The position numbers and the translations under genes are program-made. This document shows positions 19,628-30,227 of a DNA stretch of 32,000 bases, one piece after another (the first letter of the stretch is position 1; every line of letters begins with the position of its first letter). The notes under the pieces were generated by a model. The model was not told the DNA's origin and searched no databases. It saw nothing but the letters and a program-made list of their open reading frames with translations. Where the stretch lies: the NCBI RefSeq assembly GCF_000008665.1, contig NC_000917.1:930001-962000 (forward strand). The letters are read 5' to 3'. This DNA comes from Archaeoglobus fulgidus DSM 4304. Lineage in GTDB: Archaea > Halobacteriota > Archaeoglobi > Archaeoglobales > Archaeoglobaceae.

Positions 19628-20437
19628 TCACCTCGCGGCCTTTTTCATAATCTCGCTAACCAGAGCCACACCCCTCGGTGTGAGCTCGATTTCCTTTCTA
19701 ATCTTCACAACTCTCGCCAATCCCAAATTCACAAGCCTGTCGTACATCTTGTTTAGCTCCTCGGTTGTAACACCAAGTATGGACTCAACACTCACGGAAT
19801 CGACTCCCGTGTAAACCATGGTCAGAATCTGCTCCTCCACTTCGGAAAGCTTCTCCTTTGGTTTTGACTTCTCGATGAAGTTCTGGATGTACTCCTGAAG
19901 CATGTCCATCGTCGTCTCGGGGCATAGGACGAAGCTCGTAATCACCTCCCCGTTTTCAACGTGGGTGACAACGAGCACAACCCTCTGCTTCTTGCCCACA
20001 GTCCTGATGTCCTTCTCCACCGACCCGAGATTCTGAATGGAAATTCTAATCTGCTTCGATGACGAGAGAAACCAGAGGGCTTCGTCGGTTATGCTGAGGT
20101 AACCCTTTTCCCACTTGCTATCGCTGACAACGACCCCCCCGCGAGTGGCGGGAGAGAGAAAGTAAACAGCAAACCTGTCCGATTTCAGGTTGAAGGCAAG
20201 GTATCTAAATATCTGCGCCTGCCTGCTTCCGAAGTCGATAAAGTAATCAGCGTCCTTCTTTATTCTTATTGCATCCCTGCCCTCGTGTTTCAGCCTCTCC
20301 AAATCCTGAATCTCCTTGAATCTGATCGTCTTTCCGGCAAAGGATATTGCATCCTTGGTGATTACTGCCTCACCTTTCTTCCAGCCGTCCTCGAAGTACT
20401 CCACAGGTATCTTCAGAACCCTCTCCCCATCGCTCAT
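19628..20437 (-). CDS. cheF: probable CheF (archaeal CheY-to-archaellum adaptor, DUF439-like)
   Basis: 269-aa ORF packed between cheW and cheY (13-nt and 4-nt gaps), the position CheF genes occupy in archaeal che operons. There is no match to bacterial Che families. An internal sequence duplication is visible (see findings). The call rests on synteny and memory, not on a search. Confidence 0.6.
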   Translation of the reverse strand: MSDGERVLKIPVEYFEDGWKKGEAVITKDAISFAGKTIRFKEIQDLERLKHEGRDAIRIKKDADYFIDFGSRQAQIFRYLAFNLKSDRFAVYFLSPATRGGVVVSDSKWEKGYLSITDEALWFLSSSKQIRISIQNLGSVEKDIRTVGKKQRVVLVVTHVENGEVITSFVLCPETTMDMLQEYIQNFIEKSKPKEKLSEVEEQILTMVYTGVDSVSVESILGVTTEELNKMYDRLVNLGLARVVKIRKEIELTPRGVALVSEIMKKAAR

Positions 20438-20450
20438 ACCCTACCTCGCA

Positions 20451-20933
20451 TCACCTCAGCCTCTCCACCTCATCCTCACTCAGCACCTTGTTCAGGTCAA
20501 TCATAATAAGCAATCCGTCTGGAAGCTTTCCCACACCCTTGAGGAACTTTGCTTCCTCTCTGGCGGTTATTATGTTCGGCAGAGCCTCGATGTCGGCAGT
20601 GGAGAGATACTTGACCTCGTTTACGGTATCAACCATCATTCCTATGACCGCATTGTCGAACTCTACAACAATTATCCGCGTGTTGTTGTCTATCGGCTTG
20701 GGCTCCATTCCGAAGCGCTTTCTGAGGTTGATGATGGTCGTTATCTGGCCTCTGAGGTTTATCACTCCCTCAACAAAGTCGGGGGCGTTGGGAATCCTGG
20801 TTATCTGAGTCGGTCTTATGATTTCTCTCACCTGGGAAATGTCAACGCCGTACCTCTCATCGCCGAGGTTGAACACGATAACCTGAACAGTCTCGCTACC
20901 CTTAATCACACCTTCCGACTGCTGCACTAACAT
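20451..20933 (-). CDS. cheW: coupling protein CheW
   Basis: CheW-like domain (VIVFNLGDERYGVDISQVREI...PDFVEGVINLRGQI...IVVEF...IGMMVD.V.EV). Start taken at ATG 20933, preceded by GGAGGTGATG and lying 13 nt after the MCP-2 stop. The track start 20969 would overlap MCP-2. Confidence 0.9.
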   Translation of the reverse strand: MLVQQSEGVIKGSETVQVIVFNLGDERYGVDISQVREIIRPTQITRIPNAPDFVEGVINLRGQITTIINLRKRFGMEPKPIDNNTRIIVVEFDNAVIGMMVDTVNEVKYLSTADIEALPNIITAREEAKFLKGVGKLPDGLLIMIDLNKVLSEDEVERLR

Positions 20934-20946
20934 CACCTCCAAAAAA

Positions 20947-23537
<2,591 letters not shown>

Positions 23538-24209
23538 TTAGCGTTTGGAAAAGAGGCTCTGGTAAAGCTCAATAGATGAAACTTCTGCCTCGCTCAGACT
23601 GTCGAGCACCTCCTTCATCTTTTTCGCACTTCTCCTCACCATCTCAAAAACGGTATTTGTGTCCATCTCCTCTGCCAGCTCCGCTACCCCTTGTATAACG
23701 GCGAGGGGGTTCCTCAACCTGTCAGCGAGGAACTGGAATTGCTCAAGATTTTCCTTAAGCCTCTGCATAACCAGCTCGTTTTTCTTCTGAATTTCAAGGT
23801 GCTCTATGGCCCTTGCGAGAACGTCCACCATCTCCTTCAGAATTTGAACATACTCCTCTTCAAGATTCTTCAAAAACACATAGACTGACGTTCCCTCGGC
23901 AGCAGGAAACACTACAAGATAATTATGAGAAACATTTTCGCACTCGCAGTAGTTCGCATCGACTATGCCGAAAACGTTCGGAGTGTAGTTCAGAAACTTG
24001 CAGTTCAGAACGTCTTCCTTCATCCTGTAATGGTTCCCGCCTTTATCCGAAACCACAACAGCCGTGCAATCATCATCTTCAGCCACTATATTGCAGAATA
24101 GCTCTACCATCTCCTCCCTGCTTTTGAACATCCATATCTGGCTTGACAACGTGAAAGCATCGAAAAGGAGGTTGTTAATCCTCCTCAGCTGCTGAATTTC
24201 TTCACTCAT
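23538..24209 (-). CDS. output-less sensor protein: GAF-like domain - His-less DHp (pseudo-HisKA), no ATPase domain
   Basis: 223 aa. The C-terminal helix FLADRLRNPLAVIQGVAELAEEM carries the same DR[IL]RNPL motif as the 12211-13377 protein, with Asp (23721-23723) in the His column. Its ATG overlaps the stop of the upstream gene (ATGA at 24206-24209). Confidence 0.55.
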   Translation of the reverse strand: MSEEIQQLRRINNLLFDAFTLSSQIWMFKSREEMVELFCNIVAEDDDCTAVVVSDKGGNHYRMKEDVLNCKFLNYTPNVFGIVDANYCECENVSHNYLVVFPAAEGTSVYVFLKNLEEEYVQILKEMVDVLARAIEHLEIQKKNELVMQRLKENLEQFQFLADRLRNPLAVIQGVAELAEEMDTNTVFEMVRRSAKKMKEVLDSLSEAEVSSIELYQSLFSKR

Positions 24210-24850
24210 GAGCTACCTCCCGATAGCACTTTAAGTCGTTGTATCATCTCTTGCAGCTCTGCCTCAAGCTCTTCTGCAGAGAACTTCTGCCCCTTTAAAT
24301 CCCTTAGCAAGTCAATCTCTTCCTCCTCCTTGGTTTCTACTTCCTTTGCAAGGCTTGAGATCAAATCGTCCTCCTCGTCGAACTCCACCTCTTCCACCTC
24401 CTCTTCCTCCTCTTCTTCCTCTTGCTCATCTGCGTCGAGAGGTATTTCCTGTCCGAGATCCTCGAAGTCCATGTCGAGGTCCGAGTTCAGCTCAGGCAAA
24501 TCGGGTATGTCCGGAAGCTTCTCCTCGTCCGGCTCAGGCGCTTCAACTTTTATCTCCGAAGCCGTCTCCATTTCCTCAAGCAGGTTGTCGTCTGGCTCAA
24601 CATTCGCATCGTCAAGGGGAACCACCTTCTCCTCAGCAGGTTTCGGGTTGATGCTCACACCGGCATTAACAACCTCCTCAAGCTCCCTGTCAACCTCCTT
24701 TATCTTCTCCTCCACCTCCTTTTTGCTCCTCAATTTTGGCATGCCCAAAGAAAGCTTGCCCAGCGAAAGCTTACCTCCAACTCTCTCGTAAACGTACGGG
24801 ATTGCGAGGATGAACCCCGCAAAGGCAATTCCTATTAGCATCTCAATCAT
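24206..24850 (-). CDS. membrane-anchored, extremely acidic protein of unknown function (archaellum-operon tail gene)
   Basis: 214 aa. Hydrophobic N-terminus MIEMLIGIAFAGFILAIPYVY, followed by a long D/E/P-rich region (for example DADEQEEEEEEEEVEEVEFDEEDD). A strong GGAGGTGAT SD lies 13 nt after the flaJ stop. Confidence 0.6.
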   Translation of the reverse strand: MIEMLIGIAFAGFILAIPYVYERVGGKLSLGKLSLGMPKLRSKKEVEEKIKEVDRELEEVVNAGVSINPKPAEEKVVPLDDANVEPDDNLLEEMETASEIKVEAPEPDEEKLPDIPDLPELNSDLDMDFEDLGQEIPLDADEQEEEEEEEEVEEVEFDEEDDLISSLAKEVETKEEEEIDLLRDLKGQKFSAEELEAELQEMIQRLKVLSGGSS

Positions 24851-24863
24851 ACCGCATCACCTC

Positions 24864-26489
24864 CTACTCAACAAAGGATGGGAGCGTGAAGGCCCACTTC
24901 ACGACCGGAGGGACTACAAGCATGAGCAACCCTGAAAGTATTGCAAATATTGCCCCATAGTAGAGGTAGAGATACCTCCCTCCGCCCTTGACAACATTAG
25001 CCGCAAGGGTGTTTGCTATAGTGAGTGAAAGTATTATCCAGACAGAGTACTGATTCAGCAGGTCCGTCGGAATTCCGGAGAAGATTCCTATGTTCAGCCC
25101 CTGCATCCCACCCGGAATTTTGCTGAAAACCTCTCCAGTGCTCACACCACCAAGCTGGCTGGCGAAGAGGTTTGAGATGTAGTCGGAAAATATCGCGAGA
25201 ATCTGCGTTATGAAGAGCACGAGCCCAACCATTGCCAGATGGAGTGGTATTATGAGGTTGATGAAGCCAGAAGAAATCAAGTCCCTCTTCAGCCTCAGCA
25301 AAACCATTTCCAAGTTTGAGGATGACACTATCTCCCCAACAACGTCTGCATCACCTCCCAAATCCGTTGCGTCAACGAATATTGCGGTCAGCTTGCTAAT
25401 CAGATAGCTTCCGCTCTCCCCCACAAACCTCTCCCATGAGAGCTTCGCATCAAGTCCCATCGAAAGCCTTCTGTAAAGCTGCATGACAAGCTCCCTCAAC
25501 TCTCCCAGATTTTTCTGGTCTATCCTGCTCAAAGCTTCTGCAACGGAAACTCCAGCACCCGACTTAATAGCCCCCAGACTTCTTATGAAAGCTGTGAAGG
25601 CCTCATCCCTCTTGCTGATTTTCTGGTCGTCAATTCTTGCTAGGTAACCAACTGGAAGGAGGACCAAACCGGCAAGAAGAAAGCCAACGCCCCTGTAATC
25701 CGCTTTCGGTAGTATGCCCAACCCACCCCCTGTGAAATTCAGAAGCGTGGGCAGCACTGTGAGAAAGAGCACAGCAAAAAATGCAATCGGTATTAACATG
25801 GGAGCGAGCCTTGAAATTGCCGTCTGCTCCTTTGACTTGATTTTTAGGTCGTGCACCTTCTTGTCCTTTGGAACGGCCTTGAAAAGCATGAAAACTCCGA
25901 AGAGCGAAATTGCGAAGTTTGCAAAGGCTGACGCCGTTAAAGTTGCTCCAGGGTCGCCTGCGCTGTAGATAATGACCGAAAGCAGAACGACAACGGAAAT
26001 TAACGATGCGGAAACGAGAAGTGACGTGTAGGCGTCGCTCCACTTTCTCAGGCTCTCGAGGTTCCTCTCGTATTCGTCCTTTCTTATGGTCTTGAAGGCC
26101 CTCCATTCCCTCTCTAAGAACTCGTTGTCTGGCTCCCCTGCTGCAATAGCATTTGCCATTCTGTTGAAAAGCTTCTTCAGCCTCTCGTGCTTAATCTTCT
26201 CTGCAATTAAATCGCATGCAGTAGCATAATCGTAGTGCCACTTCTGCGTCAAATCCTTTACTTTTGAAAAATACCTGCTCGGAGCGTACTCCTTCTTCTC
26301 TGAAACCATTTCAAAAATTTTGTCCCTTGAGAGGTTGGCGGTTGACAGTGAAGCCATGTAAGTGAGGGTGAAGAGAAGGTCGTTGTCCATCAGAAGGTCC
26401 TTTCCCCTGCTCCTCAGAACATCAAGTACCTTCCCAAACCTCCCGAATCCGAGCGAGAGCTTAGGAACCTTTGCCGTTTTAACCTCCAT
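24864..26489 (-). CDS. flaJ: archaellum membrane platform protein FlaJ (ArlJ)
   Basis: 541 aa. A cytoplasmic helical N-domain is followed by multiple long hydrophobic segments in two repeated halves (GspF/TadB-like topology). It lies immediately downstream of flaI (3-nt gap). Confidence 0.85.
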   Translation of the reverse strand: MEVKTAKVPKLSLGFGRFGKVLDVLRSRGKDLLMDNDLLFTLTYMASLSTANLSRDKIFEMVSEKKEYAPSRYFSKVKDLTQKWHYDYATACDLIAEKIKHERLKKLFNRMANAIAAGEPDNEFLEREWRAFKTIRKDEYERNLESLRKWSDAYTSLLVSASLISVVVLLSVIIYSAGDPGATLTASAFANFAISLFGVFMLFKAVPKDKKVHDLKIKSKEQTAISRLAPMLIPIAFFAVLFLTVLPTLLNFTGGGLGILPKADYRGVGFLLAGLVLLPVGYLARIDDQKISKRDEAFTAFIRSLGAIKSGAGVSVAEALSRIDQKNLGELRELVMQLYRRLSMGLDAKLSWERFVGESGSYLISKLTAIFVDATDLGGDADVVGEIVSSSNLEMVLLRLKRDLISSGFINLIIPLHLAMVGLVLFITQILAIFSDYISNLFASQLGGVSTGEVFSKIPGGMQGLNIGIFSGIPTDLLNQYSVWIILSLTIANTLAANVVKGGGRYLYLYYGAIFAILSGLLMLVVPPVVKWAFTLPSFVE

Positions 26490-26492
26490 ACG

Positions 26493-28379
26493 CTACACCT
26501 TGATAGCAAGCAATCCGCTCTTGTAAATCTTCGATATGGACTTGAAAAACTCGTAGAAGTCAGTAACTCCCTGCTCGTGGAGCTTCTTCAGAATTTTCGC
26601 CCTCTTCTCAACCTCCTCGTAAATCAGCTTCTTCTTGTTCGGTGGAATTCCCAGCCTCGTCGCAATTTTCTGCTCAAGGAGGTAGGAGCTTCCGTAGCCG
26701 GTGAAAACGTGCGTATCTGTAACAGGGTCCCACTGAAAAACCTCAATGAAGGACACTCCCCCCTTCTGCGGGTTGTAGCCAACAATCTCGCTGACGCTCA
26801 GAACCCTTCTAACGAGCTTCCCATCCGGCCTTCTTACCGCACTCTGTATGACGACAAAGTTCAGGTTGTCGATGAAGGTTTTGGGCACGCTGATGGGTTC
26901 TGTAGTAAGCCTCTGAATCAGCTTCTCAACCGTGGCTGCGTGGAAGGTAGACATGACCGGGTGGCCTGTCTGCATGGCCTGGAATGCAATGTTCCCCTCA
27001 ACACCTCTAATCTCACCAACCAGGATGTAATTGGGCCTCTGCCTCAATGCTGCTTTGAGCAAATCGAACATCGTAACGTCGCTACCACCACCCTCACCAA
27101 TACCTCCTGCCCTCGTTGAGCCTCTCGTAACCTCCCTCGTCCAGTTCTTGTGCGGAACCTGCAGCTCCGGAGTGTCCTCAATTGAAACGACCTTAGCCTC
27201 AGGCCTTATGAAGGCTGTAATGGCATTCAGCAACGTTGTCTTACCGCTGGCAGTTTCACCGCAGATAAAGCCGCTCATCCCCTCACTGATGAGAAGCCAT
27301 AAGTAGCCGGCAATCATGTAGTCGAGGGAGCCGAACTCGATTAGCTGAAGAACGCTGAAGGGCGTTTCGTTGAACTTTCTGATGGTGAAGTTGCTGCCGT
27401 TCTTGCTGATGTCGTTGCCAAAGACTATGTTAATTCTGCTCCCGTCGGGCAGCGTAGCGTCAACGATTGGGTCTTTGTAGGTGACAGGCTTTCCGATCCT
27501 CTCAGCCAGCCGGATTATGAACTTGTTCAGCGTTTCCTCATCTCTGAACTCGATAACGCTTTTGAGCCCCTTGAAAATCTTGTGCTCAACGAATATTGGC
27601 CCGAGACCGCTGCAGGAAATGTCCTCTATGTACTTGTCCCTGATGTAGGGCTCAAGCACACCCAGTCCCACTTTATCCCTTATCAAAGCATACTCTAAAG
27701 CCTTGAACTGCTCTTTGGTAACCTTCAGCTTTCCCATCACAGCTCTGCTTCCATTCTTCCCGTTCTTCCAAAAAGGCAGCCTGAAGGGAAACCTGAATTT
27801 GGGCGTCAGCTTAACCTCGCCCCTGCTATCATCCATAAAGGACTCTTCCTTATCAACGATTTCGCAGACCTCCCTGAGCGCCTCTTTCAGAATCTTTATC
27901 TTCTCCTCATTATCCTCTGGGTCGAAGTCTATATCCGTTATGTAGTCTACAAGCCTTATTTCAACCTCTTTGAGGAGTTCGTCAACACCCGTAAGCAGGG
28001 TTGGTTCGATTGGGATGTAGAAGTTCCTCATGTCGTTTTTGTCGGGGTAAACGTGAATGTAAATCTGCTCGTCGGCGGGATAAATGAGATTTGGCCTGTC
28101 GAGGTCTCCGTGCTTTTTCCTGTCCAGCTTCGGAGCGAATTTCGGAATTCCGATTTTGTCGAGGGGGAGGATATGGAGGTACTCAAGAAGGTGAAGGTTC
28201 TTCTCAACCTCCTTCTTCATTCTGTCGGGGAGGAGCTTGTAAATTCCGCACGAAGCTAAATTGGAGTGGTCGTGGTCCTCCTCAAGCACTCTCGGCTTGA
28301 ACGGGAAGTTGGCAACAACTCCCTGCTTCAATCCCTTCGGCTTCAAACTGAAATCGAGCTTGTCAACCTCGCTTCCCAT
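26493..28379 (-). CDS. flaI: archaellum assembly/motor ATPase FlaI (ArlI), type II/IV secretion ATPase family
   Basis: 628 aa. Walker A GETASGKTTLLNA, Asp box VVSIEDTPEL, Walker B PNYILVGEIRG and His box TGHPVMSTFHA. Confidence 0.93.
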   Translation of the reverse strand: MGSEVDKLDFSLKPKGLKQGVVANFPFKPRVLEEDHDHSNLASCGIYKLLPDRMKKEVEKNLHLLEYLHILPLDKIGIPKFAPKLDRKKHGDLDRPNLIYPADEQIYIHVYPDKNDMRNFYIPIEPTLLTGVDELLKEVEIRLVDYITDIDFDPEDNEEKIKILKEALREVCEIVDKEESFMDDSRGEVKLTPKFRFPFRLPFWKNGKNGSRAVMGKLKVTKEQFKALEYALIRDKVGLGVLEPYIRDKYIEDISCSGLGPIFVEHKIFKGLKSVIEFRDEETLNKFIIRLAERIGKPVTYKDPIVDATLPDGSRINIVFGNDISKNGSNFTIRKFNETPFSVLQLIEFGSLDYMIAGYLWLLISEGMSGFICGETASGKTTLLNAITAFIRPEAKVVSIEDTPELQVPHKNWTREVTRGSTRAGGIGEGGGSDVTMFDLLKAALRQRPNYILVGEIRGVEGNIAFQAMQTGHPVMSTFHAATVEKLIQRLTTEPISVPKTFIDNLNFVVIQSAVRRPDGKLVRRVLSVSEIVGYNPQKGGVSFIEVFQWDPVTDTHVFTGYGSSYLLEQKIATRLGIPPNKKKLIYEEVEKRAKILKKLHEQGVTDFYEFFKSISKIYKSGLLAIKV

Positions 28380-28481
28380 ATCCTCCCCCCTTCATTATAA
28401 TAACTATTACTACTATCAACTGATGTTGCTATTAACCTTTGCTTTCATTTTTGGGATTACACTGCACCTTGTGACCAAAGG

Positions 28482-29216
28482 TTAAGCCCTCGCCTCGGAG
28501 ACAGGAATAATCTTCAGCCCGAATCCGGGGTGCACCTCGAAGCTGACTATGTTGCCTGTCGTCTTCCTCGCTCCGCGAATCTTCGAAACCTCAAGAACGC
28601 TCACGTATCTGTCTCCAACCTGCTCTTTTCTGAGAAACAGATGGCAATCACACGCCGACCTGATTCTGACGAGAGTATCCTCTTTAAATGCGTGCTGGTG
28701 AAGCGTGATGAGAATTGTTTTGCCGTTATCGCAGAGATTCTTCAGCCTCGTTAGAAACTCCAGAACGTCATCCTCCGTAGAGTATGTCGTGAACATCGTT
28801 AGGGAATCTATTATTGCAATGTTCTCCCTAATTGTTTTGATGTGGTTCGCCACCAAGTTTAGTATGCTTCTCATCTGCTCCGTGCTCCAGTCAATCCCCT
28901 CAAGATGGACGGGAAAGACTCTGAGGTAGCCCCACGCGTAGAAGTCAGAGACATCAAGGCTCAGGGACTCCATCTGCCTCAAAAAGCTCTTTATCGTGTT
29001 TTCTGTGGTGTAGTAAGCTATGTTGTGCCCGCTCATCAGCCCTCCGTAAACGAACTGCTGACAGAGAACCGACTTTCCTGTGTCGTTTTCCCCCTCAATC
29101 AGCGTCAGAGAGCCGAGAGGAATCCCACCGCCAAGTCTCTTGTCTATTTCACCATTACCGCTCGATAAGATATTCTTCTTCTTTTCCTCCTCCAAATCAG
29201 CCAAACTCTCTACCAT
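28482..29216 (-). CDS. flaH: archaellum RecA/KaiC-like ATP-binding protein FlaH (ArlH)
   Basis: 244 aa with Walker A GENDTGKSVLCQQF and a RecA-like fold pattern (IAIIDSL). A GGAGGTGA SD overlaps the flaF stop. Confidence 0.85.
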   Translation of the reverse strand: MVESLADLEEEKKKNILSSGNGEIDKRLGGGIPLGSLTLIEGENDTGKSVLCQQFVYGGLMSGHNIAYYTTENTIKSFLRQMESLSLDVSDFYAWGYLRVFPVHLEGIDWSTEQMRSILNLVANHIKTIRENIAIIDSLTMFTTYSTEDDVLEFLTRLKNLCDNGKTILITLHQHAFKEDTLVRIRSACDCHLFLRKEQVGDRYVSVLEVSKIRGARKTTGNIVSFEVHPGFGLKIIPVSEARA

Positions 29217-29227
29217 GCTCTCACCTC

Positions 29228-29707
29228 CTAAACACTAAAATCTGCGCTGTCGCAAACCGCATTCGGAGTGCAGATTAGCAGAACGTAAGTACCGTTCTGG
29301 AGCGGCTGCACTGCTTCGAGCTTCGCCACCTCCTGCGGGTCGAAAATTCCGGGATTGATCAGCTCGTTCGTAATTGAAAACACGGTGGAGTTTACGTAGA
29401 ACGAAACCATTTCCCCGCCTGATGTTCTGCCGTAAACTATTGCATCAAACTCGCTGAAGTCAGGATACCTCTCATCTCCGGTATTCTTGAAGTATGCAAC
29501 AATCTTCGATGTTGAGTTGTCGTAGCTAACGCTCAGAATTTCGATGTCGCTCCTGAGCTTCTTTACAGCAGAATTTACGGCATCCTTGTAGCTCTCAACT
29601 GACAATTCTGCAATGCTCGTGCTTCCAGCAAGGAAGGTGTAAGCAACCGCCACAATGATCGCAGTCGCCATTATCGCCGCAACAACCGTGTCGAAGCCCA
29701 TGGCCAT
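29228..29707 (-). CDS. flaF: archaellum stator-associated protein, probably FlaF (ArlF)
   Basis: MGFDTVVAAIMATAIIVAVAY, an N-terminal MGF plus TM helix as I remember for FlaF proteins, followed by a beta-rich soluble domain. Start options are GTG 29713, ATG 29707 (TGATG overlap with the flaG stop) and ATG 29701. The F-versus-G assignment is from memory of N-terminal patterns only. Confidence 0.6.
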   Translation of the reverse strand: MAMGFDTVVAAIMATAIIVAVAYTFLAGSTSIAELSVESYKDAVNSAVKKLRSDIEILSVSYDNSTSKIVAYFKNTGDERYPDFSEFDAIVYGRTSGGEMVSFYVNSTVFSITNELINPGIFDPQEVAKLEAVQPLQNGTYVLLICTPNAVCDSADFSV

Positions 29708-30195
29708 CACCACGAGAAGTAATCGTTCGCCCTTACGCCGTTGTACAGCACGAAAGTAAGCAGGTACTCGTCCTGAGGCATCTGATTGGCGTCGATGTTC
29801 TCAACAGCAACCTTCAGCGTCTCTCCTCTCTCCCAGTACTCATCGCCGTCACCGTTTTCAATTGTAAAGGTAACGCCCGTGTCTGAGCCGGTAAAGTGGA
29901 GGTAGGTTGTGGAGGAAGTGAAGAAGATGTCGCTCATGCGTACTAGGTCTGCGTCGAGCCGAGTGCTCCCTGTGTTTTTAACCCAGAAGTAAACGTTTAC
30001 CTTCGTCGCATCGCCAGTAACCTTCACAAAAATGATTTCGATGTCGGTCTCAACCTTCTCGTTCAAATTTCCAGAAACAGAGGTGTATGAGTGGGCCAAG
30101 TCCTTAACTGCGGGCAAAATAACCATAATGGCAGCGGTAACCGCTACCACCGTAGCTATCATCAGGATCGATGTGGATATCACCTCCCTTGCCAT
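29707..30195 (-). CDS. flaG: archaellum protein, probably FlaG (ArlG)
   Basis: N-terminus MAREVISTSILMIATVVAVTAAIMV resembles the FlaG-type pattern (S-x-S-h-L-I-h-F-I-A-S...), followed by a beta-sandwich-like domain. It sits between flaD/E and flaF. Confidence 0.6.
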   Translation of the reverse strand: MAREVISTSILMIATVVAVTAAIMVILPAVKDLAHSYTSVSGNLNEKVETDIEIIFVKVTGDATKVNVYFWVKNTGSTRLDADLVRMSDIFFTSSTTYLHFTGSDTGVTFTIENGDGDEYWERGETLKVAVENIDANQMPQDEYLLTFVLYNGVRANDYFSW

Positions 30196-30227
30196 CGTAA
30201 TACCTCAGCGCAGCCGCTCTCACGGCC

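Noticed and set aside
24380-24425. GAG/GAA run (E8 and flanking acidic codons) considered as a microsatellite or repeat element
   Set aside because: It is in-frame coding low complexity within the acidic protein, not a non-coding repeat array. There is no spacer/repeat organisation.
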